From Candidatus Omnitrophota bacterium (GTDB lineage: Bacteria; Omnitrophota; Omnitrophia; Omnitrophales; Aquincolibacteriaceae): a DNA stretch of 64,000 nt. The notes below the pieces were generated by a model, which made no database searches, was not told the origin of the DNA, and saw only the letters and a program-made list of their open reading frames with translations. Positions 40,901-52,900 of the stretch are shown here, in pieces. The stretch's first letter is position 1; each line of letters starts with the position of its first letter. Location: NCBI GenBank assembly GCA_022711115.1, contig JAKLFP010000006.1, positions 86,214 to 150,213 on the forward strand. Reading direction: 5' to 3'. A program made the translations under genes and the position numbers.

Positions 40901-43900
40901 TTCCCGGTAAAAGATCCGAACAACTGAACAGATGTTTGTGGGGTGCTAATGAAACCCGCCCAGGCAAAATTCCATGTGGGATTTGCCGTAAGATTCGTTG
41001 CAGTTAAAACGCGATGTGCGATATTGGTCCCGAAATTCGTTTCGCTGAGAAATCGTAGCCAAAGATTTGTCGGCGAGTAAGCAAACGAAGTGATCACCGG
41101 CGGGTTTATCTGCGGGATTGCGGGATACCCGATAGCACGGAAAAATCTCTGGCTTGGATTTAGAGCCAATCGATTTAAATAGAGGGCGACAGAATCCACA
41201 TAAGATTCTCGGCCGTAACCGCTGCCCATTACGTCAACTGACGTAACCGTATCGCCTTCCGCAAGTCCGAGCTCCTGAACCGTAAAAGTTCGGGTCACCC
41301 ACTGATTCTGCGGAACTAAAACAAAATTGGTATTGCTGGCTGAATTTTCATCATGCCTGTAATTAAAGTACCTGGCTACCTGATAGGCCGAGCCGTTGTT
41401 TCTCAAGCCATTCAATCGGAAATAAACTGGCGCTTCCCTCCCCGAACCGTCTCCAGTAAGTGGGGCTGAAACAATTTTGAAAGTTATATCAAATCGGCTG
41501 AAATTACTCAGCGTAATCGGTGTGTTATATTCCTGCATCATAAAACGGCCTTCACCGTAATCGGGAGGACGTGACAGGCTAACAACTCCTGTGCGTCCAT
41601 CGTAAGAAGAAAAATATCTGGGAACAGTTTCCGCATTAGTCGAATATGGGACCCAACTGTCTGGCAGGCTATTGGTAGATGATCTTTGAAGAAAATCCCC
41701 ATTGACGACCCCATCAACCACATCCGACGGAACCGTAAAGGTATAAGAAGCTGAACCATTCGTTGCCGCAACATTGGCAAAATGAAGAAAATTTGTGGCT
41801 GTCCCGTTGAAAAGCCGCTCAGCGCTTTGGATCTCATAGGTTTTGTTGGTCGCCGGCCCCGTGATGCCCAGCGTGAATTGATTGGTCGCAGGCCCTTTTC
41901 TGATCGACATCAATATGTTCTGCGCCCATCCTCCGACAGAGGACAGCATCAGGCCAATAAGAGCGGTAATCGCTAATTTGCCCCGCACTTCGGAGCGAGG
42001 TGCGACCGGAGCTGCGGAAGAAGTAGGCGGAGATTCTATTAGCGGCTCATAATAATGCGGCGTCGGGTTGTAGTAAGAAGAAACGTCTTCCGTTCCTTGT
42101 GCGCGCAATTCGTTGCGGCGTGGTGCGACATAGATGCCATCAAACACAATCCTCCCGACCATGTTGGTTCCCGCGTCTCTTTTGTCCAGAACAAAAGCAA
42201 GCTCGTTATGCGCAGTTGGCTTAAGCGGCAACTCTATAATCTGTCCCGCTTGTGGATTATGAACCCCTAGAATTTGCGTATTGGGCTTAAATTCGATTTT
42301 GATATAGGTCGGCAGATTTGTCGTACCGGCGCCAAAATGCAGCCTCAAAACCCTGTCGGCGGGAATGTACATTATATCTCCATACTTCAATCTCCCCCAC
42401 GCGCCGACTAAGCTGCTAATGTTAAAATCAAAGTCGATTGTCCATTTTTTGTCCGCTGAAATTCTCTCGACCACACCTGTCCAAATGATGCCATGGTAAT
42501 AAAATAACGGAATCCACGAGACATTCCCTACGGCACTAAAAAATTCGTGGTCTAATTGGCTCGAATTTAAAGGATGGACATAGGAGGCAATTCCACCCGT
42601 TGCGCGAATATTTGTTAAAACCATGGGTGAGCCTACGAAATTAGGGGGATAAGTTCGCAGATCATAAGCATTGTAACTTTTAGGACCAGTAATGTTCATC
42701 GTGACTTGATTTGTCGCAGGTCCTTTTCTGATCGACATCAAGATATTCGTCGCCTGCGCTAGCGCGCTTTGAACTTGAAGCCCGAGCGCAAGCAGTCCGG
42801 CCATGGCGAGTTTCGAAACCACTCCAACCCGCACTTCGAAGCGGGCGAAAGAAGTGATGAGTTGGCGGACTTCCCTGTGAACGGCAGGAGCCCCTAAAAG
42901 AGCTGAGAGGTTAAAGCGCGGAGAATTGACTTTTTTAAGATTGATATTGTCAAAACGCATCGGAAAGATTGGATCACCGTTCTCAAGAGTCGCTTCTCCA
43001 CCGGCCTTCAAGACCAGAAACGCTCCCTGAACAATATCCCAGATTGACGGAGTGGGTTTCATGTAAAAGATCTCAGGGTCTCCTTGGTTATAAACACCGC
43101 TTGAAATGACGCGCCCGATATTGATAAACCCGGATTCTCCTTTATTGAAGATCACTGAACGAGCCGCCGCCTGAACGGCCGCATAGTAAGGCGCCGGAGA
43201 AACTCCGGCTTTATCGGATTGATAAATAGCAACCCTGGCATTTGCAAGGGTACCGGCTGCAGGATCGATCCAAACGGGTTTTCCGTTCAATAAAACTCCG
43301 GGCCGATCCCGGGTGGCGGTCCACATCGAGCTGCCTGTTCCGTCAACATCGTATTCGGGAGCAAAAATAACTGAAAGGACCGGCATGCCGTCTTCAAGCA
43401 GAAGAAGCGCGGTATCATAGCCTTTCTTTTTTGTCTCATAAGCTTTAGTGCCATCAATAGGGTCCACGATCCAGACATGCTTCGCTTTCTTGGCATTCTC
43501 GATCAGCTGCCTGTTCGCTTCCAGATCGGCATCGTCCTGAGAAAAATTTTCTTCACCGAGGACCACAGAATCAGGCACGATCCTGGGAAGTTCAAGATTG
43601 AAGAGATTCTGAATGTCTCGATCAGCCTTTGTTTGCCCTGAGTTGTCACTTTTGACGACGCGATCCAGATCGGAAGACTGAAGGGCTTTTCGCATAATTT
43701 CACCGGCTTGTCTGGCTAGGCTTTCAACTTCACTCAGCGCTTTTTGAACTTCGCCCGGTGTTAAATCCCGCATTTCGGAACGAGATTTTGGTTTTCCGAG
43801 ACGGACGAAAAATTTATGATCCATGTGACCAATGGCGGTTGTCCGTGCTACCGGACGATCTCGATAAGTCTCATCGATCTTGTGCACCCGCAAACCTTTG

Positions 43901-46900
43901 GGAGCTTCCACGCTCAAGTTTGCCGTTTGAAGATCCGCCACTTGCCGCAAAGAAATCTTAACAACACCTTTTCCTGTCTCGATTACAAGCGGTTGGGACA
44001 ACGAAACCTCAAAAATTTGTCCGGCCAAAATCGCCACACCGCCTTTTGTGATCATCGAACCGTCCTTGATTAAAGGAATGGAAACCATCATCCTTTGCTG
44101 TTGTGAAGACAATGTATCGATCTGGACCCGGAAGATCCCGGGGCCGAAAACAAGTTTATGCCCGCGGGAAACGCGCATTGTCTCTGTGGTAAGGATAGTG
44201 GGCTTTTCCGGATTTCGCATTTCCGAACGATGCTTTTTTTCAATTCCTATTTCAGCATACAAAGGCTGCCCTGTGTCCTGGACTTTATGAAGATGAACAA
44301 TAATATCACCGACGGAAATGCTTTCTCCGGCAATCCGTCTGCCCTCTTGGATTACTTGGCCCTCCTTTAAAATTTGCAAAAAAGCGGCAGGCAGACTATC
44401 CCAACCATAACGACCGGGATAAGCTTCAACATCTACGGTCAAAGATAATCCATGGTCTAATTCGATAGTTTGCTGATCTTCAACACGTTTTAAGGATAGT
44501 TCTATTTCATTCGACACTTCAAGTTTTTGTCTTTGGGGACGGTTTTTATAAAGTTCTTTTATTCCTATCACGATCATCCCTAAGATCGCAGCCGGTGCAA
44601 CAATCCTGGCCAGAACAACCAGGGAATTGACCCAATCGATATCCATCCGCAATTCCGAGCGACGAAAATGAGGCGCTTCGTCCATTTCCGGGGCCAAAAG
44701 ATCTTGAGTTTGCTCCACCGCGGCCCTGACAACCGACATTTCATCAAGATAGCGGCGATAAGCGCGCGTGGTCACGGGATCGGCCGGCGATTCCTCGGAC
44801 AAAGATTCGATTTTCTTTTCCAGACCCTGAAGCCAGCTCGCCCATGCCGCAGAAGCCGCGTAGAGCCATCCCAGAGTTCTTACAAGATTTTCGACGTTTT
44901 CCGGTTTTGCGTTTTGACGGTCCGACAGAAGCCGTTCGGCCGCAGGATTGAATTTACGAACCAACGGATCCCGGATCTGGCTAAGCATGCTCGGTTGGTC
45001 CAGCCGGTTATCCTGGAGATGCCTTCCGATCTCTGTCTTGATCCTCACAGGGTCCGTGGAAGGATTCCCGTTGTGCGGCGCGAGCGCAAATAAAGCGTTG
45101 GAAACTTCTCGGAGCGCGGACAAAGCGTCGGCGTGAACCTGTTCCGGTAACAATTTATTTTGATAAATCTCTTCCAGACTCAACAGCCTGTCCATAAGAG
45201 ACGCGGTATTTGAACCGATAAAATCAAGCCCTTCCTCTCCGGCTACCGCCTCTTGTCCTTCTTTTTCAAGAAAACGCTGCGCTTCCCGTCTGCTCTGAAA
45301 GATCAAGGCCGTTTCATTTTCAATCCGCAACTCCGAGTGAGGCGTTTGGGAAGCCGTGTCCCCGCCCGTAAGCGAGAACAACCGCCCGCGCAACACCTCG
45401 AGCCGGCTCGATAAAACCTTCCGGCTACGTTCCAAATTTATCCGTTCTTGTAAAGAGGTTGCTTGGCGAAACTTTACAGCAAAAGATTTTGAGCTGGATT
45501 CCAAATTGGCGATCCTCAAACGAATCTCTTGTTCGTCAACTGGAATCCCCGGATCCGGATCTTCGGCACGCGCCTCCGACCGGGAGATCTTAGTCATGTC
45601 CGGAATATTCCCGAGCAGCTCTCCGACAGCACGGGCTATGCGAACCCGGGAATTGTTGGGATCATCACCGAAATTCCCGGCATTGCTCTGCACTATTCCG
45701 ATCAAGTCAGAGACAACTTCCGCTTGTTTACGGACAGCCTCGGGAAATCCTTCCGTGGAAATCACGTCGAACAGCCCGCCTTTATTTTCCGTAATAGCCA
45801 GGAAAAGTTCCTTCAGCTTTTCACGATCCCCTTTGAAATTTTCCTTGATGCCGGTCATGTCGGGATTAACGCTCCGGACCAAAAGCCTCAAAAGGATCTC
45901 GGCCTTGATTTCAGAAGTCAATGTCCGGTTGCTCATAATATCGTTCAGGACTTTTGCCCGCCGCTCCGCCTCAGAAAAACCCGTCATGGATTCAGGCAAT
46001 GATTCTCCGAGATTCAGAGCCTTGGATTTTTGTTCCTGCGCGTGAAACTCATAGGCCGAGGCCACGATCAGATCCAACCCACGCTGTGCCCGCCAAGCCA
46101 GTTTCCGCGTCGCCAATTCACTGCTGGCACGAAGAACATCCGGATCGCCCTGCCGGCGCGGACCGTAATCCACCACTAATTTGCCGCGCTCTGCCGCGGG
46201 AAGCACTTTCCTGAAACTTTCAACGATCTGATTATTGGAGGTTGGGGTTCCTGTCCCTAAGGTAAAGACTTCGCCTACTTTTTTATTCTCTGTCTTGGCT
46301 TGATAAGACAGTGACAAAGATTTCATAATCGCGTGACCAATGTCCAGAACATGGATATAATCCCGGATATTGGTGCCATCGGGCGTCTGATAATCTTTCC
46401 CAAAGATCTGGAACGGAACCTTTTCTTTTCCGTAAAGGAAATATTTGATGAGCCTCGGGATGAGGTGCGTCTCCGGACCGATATGCCCTTCCCCGACCCA
46501 CTCTCCGATCTCCTCCCAGTAAAACGCTCCTGCCAGATTGAAAAAACGCAGCGCCGCGAAATTAACGCCCTGCGCTTGATAGGCCTGCATCAGGCGTTCC
46601 ATCAGATATTTGGTCTCTCCGTAAGGGTTCATCGGTTTTGCCGGGATCTTTTCATCAAGCAATCCGTATTTATTGAAATTCTTTCCTTCAAAAACACCAG
46701 CGCTCGAGGCGAACGCCAGGGGGATCCCCAGTTCCTTCGCGACTTCTTCCACATCCAGCGTACCAACCACATTATTGTCAAAGTACGTCGCCGGAAAATT
46801 TCCGGAGACCCCAGCGGCAATGTAAGCCGCCAAATGAACAATGCTGTCCGCGTGATGTTCCATCGCGACCTGCTTCAAAAGATCGCGGCTTGCGATATTT

Positions 46901-49900
46901 CCTTCCACCACTGAAACTCTTCCAGGGTAGGCCGCCTGGACCTTCCGCAGATAGGCCTTCCGCTTGGGTGTGAGCATGTTGTCAAAAAGGACGACCCTGG
47001 ACCCGTTGGAAAGCGCTTCATACATGACCCCTGAGGCTACATAACCAAAACCTCCCGTGATCAAGACGGTCTTTCCTTCATGGATTTTAGGATCCACATT
47101 CGGAGCCACCGGGCTTTCGATCATGGATTTCTGCCAATTTAAAAAGTAGAGACGCTCGTCATCTTTAGGAAGGATCTCAAGTTCCCAGTTCTCTTTGATC
47201 AAAATTCCGCCGAGCTCATAAGATTTCTTGGAAGCCAGAAAGGCCGCGATCTTTTCAGGGATCCCTTTTTCCCGAAGTTTGCGTCCCAATTCTTCAGAAG
47301 ACATGTAAAAAGCTTCCTGGGCCGCGATCTCGACAGCGATATGATCGTCTTGCGTCACCTCCACGCCTCCGATGCTGCCAAGACTGGCCTGAAGACGTTT
47401 TTTCCAGTAATGAGACTGCGCCAGATACGAAGTAGCGACCGTTTCCACCACGGCTACGGCATCGGGCTTTTTGATCGGTTCGAAAGTATCTTCGCGCGTC
47501 AGCCCGACCAGAGGAGATTCCGGTCTGCGGGGCCTGTCATCGCTCGCACGTTCTAATTTTTTGACAGTTCTTGTATTCCCCTCGAAATCCACCTGCGGTT
47601 TGGTGTCAAGCCGCCACGGCGTTCGGCTGGACGCTTTGAGACTTTTTCTCCACAACACGCGAAAACTCGGGTCCCCCCACAGCACTGTGTCCTTAATGGC
47701 GTCCGTGGCGTTCCCGTAGCCGATATGGCGCCACTGCCCGTCGGAGGTTTTGATCTGGTTCCCAAGCCGGTCATCGCGATTATTTTTCTTCACAACACCC
47801 AATGCGATATGGGCTCGGTCATCCTGATTGCCGGGATTCCATGTCATTTGCCCGTAGCCGATCAATCGCTCATCCGCGATGGGGTTCAGCTGATTGTCCA
47901 CATTAAGGTACTGGACCACTTCAACGCCGAAGGAATCGAGAAAAGCGTTCACATCCTCCCGGAGAAGAACATCATCAAACGTATCCCCATGACCGGTTCC
48001 CCCTGTCGCGATCTCGCCGTTCTTGTTCAGAAAAGGCATTCCTGTTTTCGCGTCAAAAAGCGGCATCACGCCCTGTTGGGCGATAAAGATCCGGTCTTTC
48101 ATCCCGAACCACTGATTTTCCTCAAAGAACTGTATCGTTTTTTCATGGGTGATATCGCTTGTCATGATGATGACGGGAAAAGACGCGTCGTGACCGTAAT
48201 ATTTTGCTGCGGCCTGGATCTTCTTGATGATCCCGGCATAAAGCGGGAGCTGGCTCAAGGGTGTTCCGGGCAAAAATCCCTTGGGGTCAGGGCTCTTAAA
48301 CTCAGACCCCGAACCTCCGGCCGCCAGGACAAGCGCAAATCTTGATTTCCCGGGCATCGCCGGATCCGCCCGCAAAACTTTTTCCCGGGCCAGACGCTTT
48401 GCGGCGGCATCCTCCGCTGCTCCCGGTTCATGAACAGGAACGGTGAACGTTTCCGGAACTTCCGGCTTCGGCACTCCCGGCATCACAATCGTGTCCCGGA
48501 GTCGCTTGGCCTCTCTCCACAGAATTGTTTTAATCTGTCCGAGTATTTTTTTCTGCTGCTTTTCGCTTAAGGAATCCCACGGCGCCAGCAGGTGCTCCCA
48601 GCCGACTTCCTTGAGGCTTTTCATGGCCCAGGATGGGATTTCCGCGGCAACGCGTACTTCGGAACGTTTCTGCGAACCGCTTGCCGGAACAATCCCGCTA
48701 AGAATATCTTTTTCCCCCGCCGTCAGAACGGCATACGCTTGCGCGTGTTGTTCCGCAATGTCTCGCAAAACTTCTTCAGCGTAGTCTTCATCATCAACTT
48801 CCGGATCAAGACTTTGCATGACTTCTTTAAGAACGCTGGCGAATACTCTCGTGTTGAATTTCCCGTCGGCAAAAGTCTTCGGCAAAAGTTTCCCTTCCGC
48901 CAATTCCTCGGGAGAAAGGTCAAGTTTGGAGATCGCCTTTGCCGCGGCCTCTTCCATAACATGTAGTTTCAGGTCTTTCAGTGTCGGCACATCACGCAGC
49001 GCCCTGAAAATGGCCGGAAAACTGTAGCTGTTGTTCAAGGTGCTTCCCTGCGGGTATCCAAAAGCGCCTGTTGCGATAAAACGGATGTTCGGCATTTTTT
49101 TGAGTTCTGCCGGGTCCGCTTCGGGAGTCGGGTTCGAGCCCATAAAAGCACTGGCCTGGTCCTTCATGCCAGAAAAGATCGATTCCTTGCCCCACAAAAA
49201 CCCAGGCTCGGATAATCCTATAAAAGCATCCGCCCCTTGCAGTCCTTCCGCCAAACGCCCCTGATCGATCAAAGAAAGGACTATTTGGTTAATCTCGGGC
49301 ATAAGATCGCCGTATTTTTCGCTGAGAAATCCCGCGATGTTCTCCGGCAAACGGCCTTGTTTCTGCAGGGCCTCCATCGCGGCCAATCTTTCTGCCGCGG
49401 CATGGGCAACATGCTTTTTATCTCCTCCCTGCTCGACTTCGGCTAAAGCCAGTTCATGGGCCTTCGCAACCGAAAACTCCAGGCTTCCTTTAAATCCCTG
49501 AATGTTCAAAGCCGCCAGGTCATTTTTATGCTCTTCAAAGATTCCTTTTCGGCCCGAATAAAGAGGGCCCTTGGTGTCGTATACGATAATATTGCCACCC
49601 CCTGTTTTATCCATACCGAAACCGAGACGTTTCAGGAGAAGTGCTGTCGCGGTGGCAGAGGCCCCGGCGCCGGCGATCACCACTTTCATTTTAGAAATAT
49701 CACGGTTGGTTTCTTTCGCGGCCCGTAGAAGAGCTCCCGCAAAAACCATCGCGGTCCCGTGCTGATCGTCATGAATGGTCGTGATCCCTGTTTCGTTCAG
49801 TTCTCTTTCCAGCGGAAAACAGACCGGCGACCCGATATCCTCCAGCATCACCACAACCTCAAGTCCTTCCTCCTCGCGAACCTTGGTGACATAAGCCTGG

Positions 49901-52900
49901 ACTTGCTGTTTGATCTTTTCCTTAATCTCAAACGCTATTCGTTTTTTCGCCCCGGGATCTTTTTCTGCCTTGTATTTGAGCCACATGTCCCGCGTATCCA
50001 CAAACGCGATGTCCACGTTCACGCCGCCGAACCACTTCAGCAAAATCCTTTTCCCTTCCGATACCGCGCGCATCACGGCCGGCCACTGCAGTCCGATCCC
50101 AAGCACCGCGGAAGCGTCCGAAAAAATCACGATCTTTCTTTTTTGAGCCGGGAAAGACAAAGGCTTTTTGCCGTAAAGCGGCGTTTCAAGGTCCAGGCCT
50201 TTTTTCAGCGCGTCCGCGATCGCTTCACAAACGGCTCCCACGCCGGGGGTATAAACCGTCTTCATCGCTTCGATCACATCGACCGGGACAATGCCGTGCT
50301 TAAAAAATATGTCGATGAGTTTTTTGTAAGTCTGATATTCCGATGGGATCGCCGCCGGCAAGCTGTCCTCAGATGTCTCCCGAACTTCAGACCGGGGTCT
50401 GCTTTCCATACTAACCGCTACTTTGCAATTATTTGTGTCGGCCCGGGTCCTTACGCGGACATTTTCCCATCCCAATCGGGTAAGGTTTTTGAATGGAATA
50501 TCAAAGACAACCCAAGTTGTCCGATTTGAATCTACAATAAGCGAAGCTTCTTCTATCAATGCGTGGATATCTCCGTAGATATCAGCAGGCCTTTTCCCGG
50601 AAGGATCCACGTATAACCGCATAGGGATCCGGATCCGATCGTCCGGCTCAATGAGTTCGACTTGAAGTTGTTTGTGATCCTTAAAGAAGGATTGCTTAAC
50701 AAAAATATTGACGGCTTTGTCGTTTGTTTCGACGAAACCCGGAACCAAAAGGCTGATATCCTGTGCGGGTAAATGCCATTGGGGGCCTATGAAATCTCCC
50801 AGCGGCTCCCGAAAACTCCATGCCGTCAGCGCAAGAATTAACAACGCCATAGCCATACTTAGGTTTAAGAAAATAGCCCGTGAACTTAGGTTTGGATTCC
50901 ACCAGCGCCTTATCTGGGTGTCTGTGCGTGAAGCTTCTGGGATGGCAGCAACAGAACCGCCTTTCGGGGGCATGGTTCGTATTTCGGAACGGCGTCCAAA
51001 AGCTTTGGTAAGCGCTTCGGCAAGGGCTTTCGGATTGTCCCATGGAGCAAGATGTAATGAGGAATCTTTTTTGGGGTTTTTAAAAACAATTTTTTTCTGG
51101 AAAGGTTCAAGGCTTCGTTTTTCTCCTGACTGTATGACAGACACTTGTTTTGAGTTCAATCCAAGCGCCCGCTGTAATGTTAAAACAAGGTCTTCCGGAC
51201 TTTGCACAAAATCCAACGGGGCCATGTCAATGCCCACCCAAATACCGTTTCCAGCCTGATGAAAAGTTACCTCATACCCAAGTACTTTTGCCGTCTCACC
51301 CCGCATTTCGGAACGGCCCAGGTTTTGGCTTGGATCTGTTCTACCATTTGCGCGCTGATGAACGTTGATGATCGTTTGGGCGATCTCCATGGAGTTCATA
51401 ACAAAACCGTCTTTCATCACCGGTTTTACATTTTCGGTAACAAACTCCGAGGGACCCTGAGCGTAAACAAGCAACTGGCCGTCTTCGCTCTCAATAACAT
51501 GAATCCCATTCGGCAATGTCCTTCCCATACCTTGGATCAATCCTGCGAGCTGTTTTGCCGAGAAAACCGTGGTGTAATCACCGATGACCGCCGCAAGAGA
51601 TGTCGGATCTTTCCGGCTAGCGGCCCTCACTTCAGCCCGTTGAATGGCAGCAATTGCATTTTTTGCACTTAGGTGAACGGATGGATCTGAATCATTCAGC
51701 GCTGAGTAGAGCGCTGAAAGCGCTGGTTGGGCCTGGGGACCAATTTCCCCAAGTGTGATAATGGTCTGCTCACGAATCTCCGGAGAAGGGTCCCTCAATT
51801 GGGGCATTAACTGCCAAACTGCATCGCCCGCCTCAGAACCCAAGGCGCCAATAGCGGCAATGGCCTTTAAACGCACCTCTTTTTCCGGGTCGCCGATTAA
51901 ATGAAGCCAATCACTCACATTTTTCGGCATAGCCGTTTCAGACGTACTCCTCATTTCAGAGCGATTGTCCGCGGGATGTTTTCCTTCGAAGTGTGATGGT
52001 TTTTTGACAAAGGTGACTTTAGCGGTTGTCCCTTTAGGATAAGGATGTTTCAGGGTTTCGGGATTTTTTAAATCAACTGCTTTATGGCCGGGAGATGGAA
52101 TGATGCTGGCAATGTATTCACCGCCGCCTAGATTTTCACGTACCTCAACGGCTCGCTTGATAGCCTTGAGCGTCATGGTTGCCTCAAGTTTATAGATTTT
52201 AAAATGAAGGGCGTCGTCAGCTTTCACTTCCGTTAGCCCTTTGACCTTCGTCCTCATCTCGGACCTGGCAGAACGGCTTTTCAGGGTATCTATTTTTCTT
52301 TGACCCTCTTGATCTTCCGGTTGGATATAGCGGTGCAGAAAATGCCAAAGAAGAGATTCAGGAGTGAGAAGCGACTGGTCCCAAACCGGCATGTCTTTAA
52401 AAATCGTCTTGAATCGTTTCAGGACGTTGAATACAAAATCATTCTGCTTTCTCTGGAATTGCTGGGCATAGGCGATTTCGATTAACGGCCCCAAAAAACG
52501 GTTAAGAAACGGCAGTTCATAAGCAAGTTGTGTATTAATGGAACGATGCGCTTTTTTCATGGTTTTAAAGCTACGTTCCGTTTCTTCGAATCTCATCTTT
52601 TGCCATCTCCGGATCACCTCGGCAACCGTATGCTCCGGTCCCACCACCAAACTTGCGAGGATATCCCGCATCAAGCGGATGTCATAACCTGTCAGGATAT
52701 TATTGCCGTAAAGCAGCATATCAGGACTTGTATAAAGAAAGATCCCATAATGTGTTTCTTCAGGTTTCAAAACGGCCAACAACTCATCACTCAAAGCTTC
52801 AACCCCTGTCACAATCAAGGTCTCGTCCGGCGCAAGCTGCAAAAGCTGTTTTTCTCCTCGGTCGTCTTTAACGCGGATTTTCTTCCCGTCCAAAGCATTA

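Noticed and set aside
34501-44646. A Met codon directly after the junction motif at three sites (34501-34503, 38743-38745, 44644-44646) could be an internal translation start, meaning the modules are really separate genes.
   Set aside because: No stop codon precedes them, and no Shine-Dalgarno-like purine tract lies 5-12 nt upstream. 36 of the 39 junctions have no Met. Internal initiation cannot be excluded, but the sequence does not support it.
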